From IMG/VR virus record IMGVR_UViG_3300003815_000001: a stretch of DNA of 20,000 nucleotides. One strand, written 5' to 3'. The stretch is from an uncultured virus (IMG/VR IMGVR_UViG_3300003815_000001). Lineage: Duplodnaviria > Heunggongvirae > Uroviricota > Caudoviricetes. The number at the start of each line of letters is the position of its first letter. Position 1 is the first letter of the stretch. The translations under genes were made by a program, and so were the position numbers. The notes beneath the pieces are model-generated. The model saw nothing but the letters and a program-made list of their open reading frames with translations. It did not search any database and was not told the origin of the DNA. Positions 1 to 8,559 of the stretch are shown here, piece after piece.

Positions 1-729
1 CTTATCAGTAGTGATAGAAGTAGTACCTGTTGAATAACCACCTGAGTTAGCTACGAAAGCGCCAGTTTGAACTAATTGACCGTTCAACAAGTATGCAACG
101 TCAGCACCTTGAGGAATAGCAGCAGGAAGACCTGTGCCTGTCAATGTGATAGTTGTACCTGGAGTGCTTGCGTTACCGCCAGTTGCAGAAACAGCAGTTG
201 CTGTATCAGGAACTAGAGCCAATACACGGAATGGAAGACCTGTTGATGGTGTTGCTGTAGGAGCAACTAAACCGTTCAATGAGTCACCGTTCAATGTGTT
301 ACCAGCTTGGTATGAACCAGCTAAGTTAAGACCAACGATAGCTTGTGAAGCTGAAGCTAAAACTGAACCACCGTTAGCAGTTACCATTGCAGCTTTAAAT
401 ACTGTATCTGGATCTTCAACAATGAATGCTTGAATATCACCAGCAGCTGTATTAGCTGGGTAGTATTGGCTGAATGTTTTTTGTTTTGTTACTGGGTTAG
501 TGAATGAGCAACCAGCAAATACACCGATGGTTTGTTTACCAGATGTAGATGAAGTTACTTGTGCTAATGTTACTAAGCCGTTCGTTACAGTTACAAAGTC
601 ACCAAAGAAGATATTGGTATTGTAGTTGTTTTGGATGGTGTATTGACGTGTACCACCAGCAAACACTTGACTACCAATAAGGTTCAGTGCTTTAAAACCA
701 TAAGGTGCGGAAATGACTGGATAAGCCAT
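1..729 (-). CDS. Virion structural protein, probable capsid accessory/decoration protein (runs off the left edge; not in the ORF track)
   Basis: ATG at 729 with AGGAG RBS (736-740). Frame stays open to position 1: MAYPVISAPYGFKALNLIGSQVFAGGTRQYTIQNNYNTNIFFGDFV...GVFAGCSFTNP...EDPDTVF. Rich in G/A/T/S, and lies downstream of portal and scaffold in the head module. Confidence 0.65.
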   Translation of the reverse strand, partial: MAYPVISAPYGFKALNLIGSQVFAGGTRQYTIQNNYNTNIFFGDFVTVTNGLVTLAQVTSSTSGKQTIGVFAGCSFTNPVTKQKTFSQYYPANTAAGDIQAFIVEDPDTVFKAAMVTANGGSVLASASQAIVGLNLAGSYQAGNTLNGDSLNGLVAPTATPSTGLPFRVLALVPDTATAVSATGGNASTPGTTITLTGTGLPAAIPQGADVAYLLNGQLVQTGAFVANSGGYSTGTTSITTDK

Positions 730-753
730 ATTGTACTCCTAAGTTAAAAAAGT

Positions 754-1200
754 TTATTTATTGCCAAATGTGACCGTTGATTTCTTCTCAGAGAAAAGAG
801 GCATACGGGCATCGTTCTGACGCATGAAGCTATTATCAACTGCTTCGGCCTGTTGAGCTGTTTGGTTATTTTCATACTCCATACGTTGCTGTACCAACTC
901 TTCAGGGGCCTTACATAACAATAAGCCACCAATCTCAATACTGCCTTCAAAACGGCTGGTTGGATCGGTTAATAGTTTAAATTTAGGTTGTTCCTCAATC
1001 GTCACAGGTTCCCAGCCTTCTCTCAATTTAGATGAGACATTGCGTGGGTCCGCATTGTTAAGCATTGAAGTTCTAATCCAACGATAAGCAAATCCAGCTT
1101 GTTTGTCTGGTTCTGGTAACAACTCAGGTGGTCGCCATGTTTTTGGACGCTCTGATTGTTGACGATTGCTTACTTCACGGGGAATTCTTGTATCAGCCAT
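754..1200 (-). CDS. Conserved phage head-module protein (YRWIR...GWEPV...GGLLLC type), function unknown
   Basis: 148-aa ORF overlapping the scaffold stop; motif pattern recognisable from phage proteins found between scaffold and capsid genes. Confidence 0.7.
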   Translation of the reverse strand: MADTRIPREVSNRQQSERPKTWRPPELLPEPDKQAGFAYRWIRTSMLNNADPRNVSSKLREGWEPVTIEEQPKFKLLTDPTSRFEGSIEIGGLLLCKAPEELVQQRMEYENNQTAQQAEAVDNSFMRQNDARMPLFSEKKSTVTFGNK

Positions 1201-2146
1201 TTTGTGACTCCTGTACTTTCGTTAATTCCATAGCGTATTGCTCTGGGGTTAATTTGAATTTCTTAGCCAAAGCTAATTGTGTCTGCGTCAGTTTGATCTT
1301 TTTGGAGGATGTGGACCGAGTAGCAGGCGCTACTACCGTGTTGGACTTCCTAGGGGCAGAGTCTTTGGTCTCTGCTTGTGGTTCACCAGCAAATTTGTCT
1401 GGGAATCTTTTTCGCACTTCGGTATCAATAACGCTCCAGTAATAGTCAGAGCCAGCTGGGACTCCTTCTTTTTCTAGGCGTCTATGAATGCCCATAGCGA
1501 GAAAACTCATATCCTCATCTGTGCCATACCAGCTATTTTTATCTAGCCATGCTTGGGTTTTTGAGTCCAAGCGTTGAGGTTGTGCTTGAGGTTGTTGTAT
1601 TTGTACACTATTTTCCCATTCTTGTAAAGCATTTTCATCAAATTGAGGTTTATATTGTTCAATTTGTTGTGCTTTCATCTGTGCACGGGTCAATTTTTCT
1701 TGTGCAGCAACCAGCAATTCTGAATCACCAGAGTCATAAGCCTCTTTATATTCACGCTTAGCCATGTCAACTTCACGGGCTACGCTATCTTTTGCTGTTG
1801 TTACGTATACTTTTTCACCTTCAGTTAGTCTACCTTGCAGTTGCTTAGTGCGTTCTAACAAAGATTGGGCTACACGTACTGCTTCTTCTTGCTCACGGAA
1901 CGCTTGTTCTTTAGCTCTACGTTCATCGTTGATTAATTTTTTCATTTGCAAGAGACGTTGTTTAGCCTCTTTAGAATAAGATTCTAGATCATCTTCATCA
2001 ATGTCCTTAACAATCTCTTCTGGTAAAGGTTGAGCATGTTTACGATCTTCCTCAGGAGTATCGTCCTCAATTTCAATCTCAATCTTATCTTCAATTAATT
2101 CGTCTTCGTTATCCATTTCATCTGGAAACTTGTAGTTGTCAGCCAT
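1193..2146 (-). CDS. Putative capsid scaffolding protein
   Basis: 317 aa with an acidic N-terminus, long coiled coil and basic/helical C-terminus (LTQTQLALAKKFKLTPEQYA); AGGAG RBS; located after portal and GroES. Confidence 0.7.
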   Translation of the reverse strand: MADNYKFPDEMDNEDELIEDKIEIEIEDDTPEEDRKHAQPLPEEIVKDIDEDDLESYSKEAKQRLLQMKKLINDERRAKEQAFREQEEAVRVAQSLLERTKQLQGRLTEGEKVYVTTAKDSVAREVDMAKREYKEAYDSGDSELLVAAQEKLTRAQMKAQQIEQYKPQFDENALQEWENSVQIQQPQAQPQRLDSKTQAWLDKNSWYGTDEDMSFLAMGIHRRLEKEGVPAGSDYYWSVIDTEVRKRFPDKFAGEPQAETKDSAPRKSNTVVAPATRSTSSKKIKLTQTQLALAKKFKLTPEQYAMELTKVQESQNG

Positions 2147-2155
2147 GATTTACTC

Positions 2156-2590
2156 CTATGCTCTACTAATACCACGTGGATCTTGCACAATACCTTCCAC
2201 GGAGTCATCGTTAATAATACGGAATTCACGGCCATGTATCTTGAGTCGTGTGCCAGTGTTTGGTCTAGCTAGAATAAAGTCACCTGGCTTGCACCAAGGA
2301 CCATTAGGGAAGCGAGCTTTATCTTGATAACAATCAGGACCAAGCTTAACTACAAAAAATACTGTAGATAAAAGTTCTTCAGTCTTAACTGCCATATCTG
2401 GTTTGATAATCCCAGACTCATATTCCTTTTCTACTTCTGGAATAGCACAAAGAATACGATATCCTGAGGGTTCAGGTAATTGGCTTGCTTTATCCTCATC
2501 GCTTTGTAGAGTCGGTTCGGCAATCTGTTCTATCGGTTTTATTTCAAATACTTCACCAGGGTTTGATCCTGGCAGTATGATTTCACTCAT
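2156..2590 (-). CDS. groES: GroES/Cpn10-like co-chaperonin
   Basis: LPEPSGYRIL...ESGII...VVKLGP...KPGDFIL...GREFRIINDDSVEGIV follows the Cpn10 pattern (PLxDRVLV, SGGI, VVAVGPG, VKVGDxVL, GEEYLILRESDILAVV). Confidence 0.85.
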   Translation of the reverse strand: MSEIILPGSNPGEVFEIKPIEQIAEPTLQSDEDKASQLPEPSGYRILCAIPEVEKEYESGIIKPDMAVKTEELLSTVFFVVKLGPDCYQDKARFPNGPWCKPGDFILARPNTGTRLKIHGREFRIINDDSVEGIVQDPRGISRA

Positions 2591-2771
2591 CAGAGTTCTC
2601 CATATAGTTTTTAAGGTCTTCTACATATCTACGAGTGGAAAGGAGACCTGATATCTTCCCACAAGTGTTTTGGTATTCAGCATAGTCTTTGGCCATGCCT
2701 CTACCTAAATGATCCTGCAGGCTTGCTACAGTCTCATCTATTTCTTTTAGAATCGCTTCTAATTGGTTCAT
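2583..2771 (-). CDS. Small helical phage protein downstream of portal
   Basis: 62 aa; ATGA overlap with the portal stop and overlap with the GroES start. Confidence 0.7.
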   Translation of the reverse strand: MNQLEAILKEIDETVASLQDHLGRGMAKDYAEYQNTCGKISGLLSTRRYVEDLKNYMENSDE

Positions 2772-5290
2772 TTATTTTCCTTTTTTGAAGGTTGGTTGTT
2801 TGTTTGCTCACGTTGCATATCCATTTGGGTGATATGTTTCGCAGCATCTATTGCTACTCTTGCTTTCTCTGCTTGACGTTGTTGGTTGAGTTGCGCTTTA
2901 GCTTTGCCAGTTTCAGCACCAATTCTCATCCCTTCAATACGTTGTTTTGCTTCCAAGTTGTTTTTGTCAGCTTGGACTTTGGCACCTACTTGCATGCCAG
3001 CGATTTCTTTCTGTGCTGCAATACGTTGTTTTTCAACTTCAATTTGGTCAGCCTTAGCTGCCGCCTCAATCTGCATCTTCTTCATCTTAATATCAATCTC
3101 TTGCGCTTTAAGTTGAAGTTCTTTCATCTGCATTTGAACTACTGGATCGTTAGCTGCTTGTTGAGCTTGTTGTGCAGCCACAGCAGTTTGATTTTGATTG
3201 AGTAAGTTTTGTGCAGCAGGTACAGCCAAACGAGTGATTTGTGCTTCAACCTCTGGAGACATACGATGGTCTTCATCAATTTGTGGAATTGACATGCCCA
3301 TTGCTTGTTCCATTTGACGTTTGTACTCTAAGCCTACGTGCTCAGTGATATGTGCTTGCATTGCTTGCATGATCATTGGAGCTTGTGGGTTTTGACCAAT
3401 GACTTGTTTGATTTTTGGATCATTCATCGCTGCCATATGTATTTGGATATGCGCTTGATGGTCTTGGAATGGGAAAGCTTTCAATGGTTTGTTAGCTAAT
3501 GCGTTTGCATTCTCAGAAACTGGGTCTGTTGGTGACTGATCTTCTGGAAGCGCTACTAATTTGTCAGCATTCTTAATGCCTAACACTTCTAACATCTGAC
3601 GATGTAGATACGGAAGGTTATAAAGTTGTGGCGCTGTTTGAGAAAGTTGTAAAACTGCCTGATATTGCACCACTTTTTGGCTCATTGTAGCCGCATTTGG
3701 GTCAGAAACAGGGATAATATTGACCATTTCGTAGTCAGATTTACGTGCTTTACGAGTGCCTGTAGAAGGGTCGTATGAGTACTCAGCAGGTGCGTAATCG
3801 GCAATAATTTCCTTCAAAAGCTTGAATTCTTGCTTCATAGAGAAGTGAATTCGGGCTTGAATTGCACTCATTGTCTTGAGTTGGCGCTCTAAAATAGCCA
3901 GTGTTGTACCAACTGGGCTGTTAGATGACATGTCTGACACCTGCAAATCACCAGCTGAAGCGAATCTACGTGCTTCATCAATTATTTTATCCATCAAACC
4001 AGCCAATACTTGACTAGGTTCCTTGTATGGAAGGGGCATAATGTTGTCTTTCATTGCCCCTGAAGGTACGTCTACATCCCTAAACTCACCTGGAGCGATA
4101 GGAGTATCGTCACCTTTGACTCTAAGTCCTCTAGTTTTAAACCCACCAGGTAAATTGGAGAGTGAACCAGCGTCAACCAGTTGTCGTAAGATAGAAGTTC
4201 CAGATTTAGCATAGGCACCTAGGATATGAATTAGACCAAAATCGTAAAATCCAAAGCCTGGGATGTATCCGTATTTAACAAAGTGGTTACGTTTTTGGTG
4301 TGTTTTATCACCAGGTCTCCAGTTCCTACGGATTGCAAGAACCATGCCAGTGTTTTTCTCAATTGTTACCACGTATGGAAGCGCAAGACCTGTTTCCTCG
4401 CCATCTTCATTTGTGTGCTCATAGCCTTGTAGGTCAAGGTCAACGTGCATCTCTAGCAATTTATAGCGGTCATCAGATGTAGCACGGAAGCCAAGCTTCT
4501 CAGCAATCTTCTTTTCTACTTCATCTAATGTCGTATCTGGCGCACCTAGATCTACATCACGGTAGAAGCCAGCTAATTGCAAGCGTAATACTTCATTCTC
4601 TGTCTTACGCATGACATGAGTCACACGTTCAGCGGTTTCAATACGTGATGCACCATAAGGAACAACAACGTCTTCTGCTGGGATATAAATAGATGTTTGA
4701 CGGTCTAATGCTGGGTCAACGTAAACCTTTTTAAAGCCGTTACCTGAAAGACCAGTACCCCAAAGCATACGCTCATGTTCTGAACGGAACTCAATCATAC
4801 GATCTGTTAGTTCATAGTTCATGTCATCTACAACACGAGACATTGCATCCTTAGTCTCTGGCGTTTCTTTACCAATGATCTCGCCCTTACATGGACCAGC
4901 TGCTGGGAACGTATCCATGATAGTTTCAGATTGGAACTTAACAACAGCTTCAGCCAAAATAGGATGGTACACACCACACGCACCTTCCCAAGGCTCACTG
5001 CGTTCTTCAATCTTCAAGCCAAGCAACTCAAGGCCATCTACATACGTCTGAATCCAATCTCTGCGTGAGTCTACGTCAGACTCATAATCACCAACAAGGT
5101 CACCAGCTAACTGGGTCAGGATAGACTCAGGAATATATTCTGCAAGGTTGGCATCAAATTCTTCGCCATCCGCAATAGCAGGCTCATCTAACTCAACCTC
5201 ATTTGGATCTGTGATTTCAATTTCAATATCTGGTGTTTGAATTGCACCAAGTCCTAAAGGTGCTGAATATACTGCTTTATCTATAGACAT
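2768..5290 (-). CDS. Portal protein with long Q-rich C-terminal coiled coil (P22-like barrel)
   Basis: 840 aa directly after TerL; HPILAEAVVKFQ, GFKKVY, GFYDFGL, PVGTTLA and PVSDPN motifs; AQQAQQ/coiled-coil tail. Confidence 0.85.
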   Translation of the reverse strand: MSIDKAVYSAPLGLGAIQTPDIEIEITDPNEVELDEPAIADGEEFDANLAEYIPESILTQLAGDLVGDYESDVDSRRDWIQTYVDGLELLGLKIEERSEPWEGACGVYHPILAEAVVKFQSETIMDTFPAAGPCKGEIIGKETPETKDAMSRVVDDMNYELTDRMIEFRSEHERMLWGTGLSGNGFKKVYVDPALDRQTSIYIPAEDVVVPYGASRIETAERVTHVMRKTENEVLRLQLAGFYRDVDLGAPDTTLDEVEKKIAEKLGFRATSDDRYKLLEMHVDLDLQGYEHTNEDGEETGLALPYVVTIEKNTGMVLAIRRNWRPGDKTHQKRNHFVKYGYIPGFGFYDFGLIHILGAYAKSGTSILRQLVDAGSLSNLPGGFKTRGLRVKGDDTPIAPGEFRDVDVPSGAMKDNIMPLPYKEPSQVLAGLMDKIIDEARRFASAGDLQVSDMSSNSPVGTTLAILERQLKTMSAIQARIHFSMKQEFKLLKEIIADYAPAEYSYDPSTGTRKARKSDYEMVNIIPVSDPNAATMSQKVVQYQAVLQLSQTAPQLYNLPYLHRQMLEVLGIKNADKLVALPEDQSPTDPVSENANALANKPLKAFPFQDHQAHIQIHMAAMNDPKIKQVIGQNPQAPMIMQAMQAHITEHVGLEYKRQMEQAMGMSIPQIDEDHRMSPEVEAQITRLAVPAAQNLLNQNQTAVAAQQAQQAANDPVVQMQMKELQLKAQEIDIKMKKMQIEAAAKADQIEVEKQRIAAQKEIAGMQVGAKVQADKNNLEAKQRIEGMRIGAETGKAKAQLNQQRQAEKARVAIDAAKHITQMDMQREQTNNQPSKKENK

Positions 5291-5349
5291 TATTAATTCC
5301 TAAAAAGTGGTGTTGACTAATTGCGAATAATACATTATATGCGGTAATT

Positions 5350-6837
5350 TTAATAGTAGGCACGTTTACGTTTAAATTCTACAGGATCATCTTCATAATC
5401 AGAGGGTAACGGAATAAATCCGCCCTTACGGAAACGCAATAATGCTTGCGTGGAACTATCCACCAAGTCATCGTGATCTGAGTTAGGAAAGGCAGCAATC
5501 TCTTCAACCACTTCTTCTGCCCATCTCTTACGTGGTGCCCACACTTTACCTGAGGCAAACAGGTCTGTCACCGCATTCAAACGAGAAATCTTATCGTTAC
5601 CACGTACTGGGGTGAACTCTTGTACAGGAATTCCCATACGTCTAAGCTCAAATACTAGCGGTGCACCTGACGCTTTTGCTTCCACAATAAACGCATCTGG
5701 CTGCCATTCCTTGTACATATCCATAGCTCGTTGTTTTAATTCAGGAAATTCCATACGCTCTTTAAGGGCATCCAATAGAATGATATTGGGATCGTTGTGA
5801 TCCTCATCCTTATAGAAAACTCCCCACGTTGTACAGGCTGAAAAGTCAGAACGCTCATTCTTAGTAAATGCCGTATCCCAAGATTGGATAATAAACTCAC
5901 AAGGTGGTGGACGTTCACCTTCCCAAACCTGCCACCACTCACGCTTAACCAGCGCACCTTCCTCAGAAGTTGGGTTCTGTTGGTACTGGGCTTGCCATTT
6001 AGGTAATGGTAACTCCGTCCTTAGGGCATCCAATTCCTCATACGACCAGAACTCTGGCCATAAAGGTTTATCACTTGGCAAGATAGCAGGTAACTCAATG
6101 ATCTCCCACTCTTCACCGTCCCGATCCACCATAGATTGTAAGATCTTGCCAGTCAGATCACGCTTAGACCAGCGTGTCATTACGACCACAATAGAACCGC
6201 CTGGTTGTAAACGTTGACGAGGACCAGAGGTATACCACTCGTATACATTATCAAATACGGATGGATCTTGTGCTGCTAGTCTCGCTTCCTGTTCCGAATG
6301 CGGGTCATCAATAATGAGGAGATCCGCACCTTTACCAGTAACAGTACCACCAACACCGATAGCAAAATACTCACCATTAGCATTAGTAGACCAGCGACCA
6401 GCGGCTTTACTATCAGCCCTAAGACCGACATCGGGGAATATTTTCGCATATATCTCACTATCCAATAAGTTACGCACCTTACGACCAAAACCCACAGCCA
6501 GCTCCGCTGTGTTTGAACACTGAATAATCTTCTTGTTCGGGAACTTACCTAAGAACCATGCAGGCAGCATATAAGAAGCAAACTCAGACTTAGTATGACG
6601 AGGTGGCATGTTAATAATCAAACGCTTAGTCTTGCCCTGGGCAATCTCCTCAAACTTCTGTGCCATCAGCTTATGGTGACGGCCATCAATAAACGTAGGC
6701 CACATGGTGTGCACAAACGCTAAGAAGTCATCTCTTCCCTTTTCCCGTACCACAGAATCATTAAAGCTCTCCATCTGAGCATAAATCTCCGCTTGCTCCG
6801 TTGGTGGCAATAATGCAATCAGTTCTTCTAAGTTCAT
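5350..6837 (-). CDS. terL: Terminase large subunit
   Basis: Walker A-like INMPPRHTKSE, Walker B LLIIDDP, motif III MTRW, and RNase H-like nuclease QSWDTA...HDDLVD. Confidence 0.95.
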   Translation of the reverse strand: MNLEELIALLPPTEQAEIYAQMESFNDSVVREKGRDDFLAFVHTMWPTFIDGRHHKLMAQKFEEIAQGKTKRLIINMPPRHTKSEFASYMLPAWFLGKFPNKKIIQCSNTAELAVGFGRKVRNLLDSEIYAKIFPDVGLRADSKAAGRWSTNANGEYFAIGVGGTVTGKGADLLIIDDPHSEQEARLAAQDPSVFDNVYEWYTSGPRQRLQPGGSIVVVMTRWSKRDLTGKILQSMVDRDGEEWEIIELPAILPSDKPLWPEFWSYEELDALRTELPLPKWQAQYQQNPTSEEGALVKREWWQVWEGERPPPCEFIIQSWDTAFTKNERSDFSACTTWGVFYKDEDHNDPNIILLDALKERMEFPELKQRAMDMYKEWQPDAFIVEAKASGAPLVFELRRMGIPVQEFTPVRGNDKISRLNAVTDLFASGKVWAPRKRWAEEVVEEIAAFPNSDHDDLVDSSTQALLRFRKGGFIPLPSDYEDDPVEFKRKRAYY

Positions 6838-7058
6838 TCAATGTTCCTAACACGTAAATACGCAGGACGTATAGATCTTGCTCTCCCCTTTACACCCTTA
6901 CATACGCCTAAATCAATTAATGTTTTCATCTTACGGGCAACATTACCACGACCCTTTTCACCCGTAATACGCATGACATCATCCACGGTAGGGCCAAAGC
7001 CATACATCTTCCACCATTCATCAATGACCAAGAAGATCTCTTTTTGCGCTGATGTCAT
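6834..7058 (-). CDS. Stand-alone LexA-type winged-helix DNA-binding domain protein
   Basis: MTSAQKEIFLVIDEWWKMYGFGPTVDDVMRITGEKGRGNVARKMKTLIDLGV...GRARSIR matches the LexA N-domain pattern (LTxRQ...GxPPTxxEI...LxxLxxKG...xRxIR). No S24 peptidase domain. Start placed at 7058 (ATGA overlap) rather than 7082. Confidence 0.75.
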   Translation of the reverse strand: MTSAQKEIFLVIDEWWKMYGFGPTVDDVMRITGEKGRGNVARKMKTLIDLGVCKGVKGRARSIRPAYLRVRNIE

Positions 7059-7222
7059 TTTTCTAACGTTCCATCTGGACATTCCATCCAGTTCGTATTA
7101 CCCGTAGGAACCCATACGCCATTCTCATCTTGCGTCACCTCAACCCACAGCTGCTGCAAAACCTCACGGCCATTCTTGTTAATATACTTAACCTGTTCTG
7201 TTGCTTTCCATTGATCACTCAT
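7055..7222 (-). CDS. Hypothetical protein (55 aa, MSDQWKATEQVKYINKNGREVLQQLWVE...)
   Basis: Translated by hand; fills the gap and overlaps both neighbours, with an ATGA junction at 7055-7058. Confidence 0.6.
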   Translation of the reverse strand: MSDQWKATEQVKYINKNGREVLQQLWVEVTQDENGVWVPTGNTNWMECPDGTLEK

Positions 7223-7547
7223 TGATATCTCCATATACAGAATTCATTGGATAATGTACCTTCGTCACACGGTTATCAAACCGTACACCATGACTCTCAG
7301 CCCACATGACAAACTCCTCCACATCCTTAGGCATAGGGTCAGGATACTTAGGTGCCATTCTTGCCCTTTCAGCCTCAGCTAATAAGAACCTATTCAATTC
7401 CTTACACCTACGATTCATCTTCCACCAAGCCACCAATCCCTTAGGACCACGCTTAAGCTTGCGTAACAGTCCAGCAAGTCTCCACCTAATAGACTTCAAC
7501 TTACGTATATACCACTTATCACTAGGATCATATAACCTAACCCACAT
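7215..7547 (-). CDS. Hypothetical basic protein
   Basis: 110-aa ORF co-oriented between terS and terL, with a purine-rich upstream RBS region. Confidence 0.55.
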   Translation of the reverse strand: MWVRLYDPSDKWYIRKLKSIRWRLAGLLRKLKRGPKGLVAWWKMNRRCKELNRFLLAEAERARMAPKYPDPMPKDVEEFVMWAESHGVRFDNRVTKVHYPMNSVYGDINE

Positions 7548-7576
7548 ATCTCTCGTCCTTAAATCGCTAAAATTTT

Positions 7577-8446
7577 TTATATATTTTTTTCCACATTGTC
7601 ATCTAAATCAGTGACGGGGGCATCTTCCCACCAACGATCCTCTTCTTCCTCCCCAGAATTCACACCAGGGTGCCCATCCGTTTCTGAAACTGGATTTGTT
7701 TCTGATTGTTTGTCTGGAACGCCATTTGTTGGTAATTGTTTGTCTGGAATAGTATGCATAGCAAGCCTGTGGGTGTCAGGCTCAAAGTGAGGGGTGGCAC
7801 TGGGTGGCGTGTCGCTCTGGGCGTTTTCGTGTTCTTGGTCATCGTTTTGCGTTTCGGCTTCTACGGTCTGCATCTCTCTTGCGTTGGCTATCTCATTGAG
7901 GAGGCTTTCTGCTGATGCTCGCTTGTCATCGCTTAATGTATTGGTCTGTTTGATTGCGTTTGCTATTGCGTTGATGAGCTTTGCTTTCGCTTCTGTTGTG
8001 TCGGCTTGCTTCACTATCTCTTTGCGCTCTGTAAATGCGCTAACCTCTGTGAGTTTGCCTAGCAGTTCAATGGCTCGCAGTTGGTCTGATGTCTTGATGT
8101 TGTCGTCTAGGGCTTTTTCAGTCAGTTTCTGTACGATAAGACTTCTTAAATGAACGGGTAAAAGATATGCAGTCGCTTCATTAGCCAGCTTCAATCGCTC
8201 TATCATTGTTTGCACGTTGGTGTTGTTTGCGAGTTCGTGAGCGTTGCGGGCTTGCGTGGTTGGTTTGCCGTTGGAGTTGTATGCTTCTCTGTATGCTTTA
8301 GCCTTTGGTTCTCCGTTAGCTACTTTCTCTGCAAAGTCTCTCTGCTTCTTGGTGAGCGTGGTTGTCTTACTATCTGCGCCCAAGAGTAGCTTCTCTATCG
8401 GCTGTTGTTTTAATCCCTCTGCTATCTGTTTGCGTGTTAGTTTCAT
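7577..8446 (-). CDS. terS: Terminase small subunit with long acidic/disordered C-terminal tail
   Basis: LTKKQRDFAEKVANGEPKAKAYREAY...ARNAHEL is the typical TerS helix-turn-helix; DQLRAIELLGKL oligomerisation motif; first gene of the packaging operon. Confidence 0.8.
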   Translation of the reverse strand: MKLTRKQIAEGLKQQPIEKLLLGADSKTTTLTKKQRDFAEKVANGEPKAKAYREAYNSNGKPTTQARNAHELANNTNVQTMIERLKLANEATAYLLPVHLRSLIVQKLTEKALDDNIKTSDQLRAIELLGKLTEVSAFTERKEIVKQADTTEAKAKLINAIANAIKQTNTLSDDKRASAESLLNEIANAREMQTVEAETQNDDQEHENAQSDTPPSATPHFEPDTHRLAMHTIPDKQLPTNGVPDKQSETNPVSETDGHPGVNSGEEEEDRWWEDAPVTDLDDNVEKNI

Positions 8447-8479
8447 AATAGGTACATATTGAGTATTTAATTGACAGGG

Positions 8480-8508
8480 AGATTATTCTCATAATGTGAG
8501 TTATGCAA
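8480..8508 (-). promoter_or_regulatory. Candidate sigma70 promoter for the terS operon
   Basis: Minus strand TTGCAT-17 nt-TAATCT, 34 nt upstream of the terS ATG; the spacer contains the inverted repeat CTCA-N5-TGAG. Confidence 0.45.
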
Positions 8509-8559
8509 GAGGCAAGGTTAAGGACGGGATATGTATATATGTATATGGTGATAGTTGTA

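Noticed and set aside
5350..6837. Intein, intron or stop-codon recoding in TerL and other core genes
   Set aside because: Genes are uninterrupted and of normal length in the standard code; TAA, TAG and TGA are all used as stops.
134..8462. Plus-strand ORFs in the track across the structural module (e.g. 134-433, 1128-1442, 2792-3205, 7794-8153) and short alternative-frame minus-strand ORFs
   Set aside because: Shadows of well-supported minus-strand genes; no recognisable motifs.
8471..8495. Perfect TTGACA with CATAAT on the plus strand
   Set aside because: Spacer is only 13 nt, incompatible with a sigma70 promoter.
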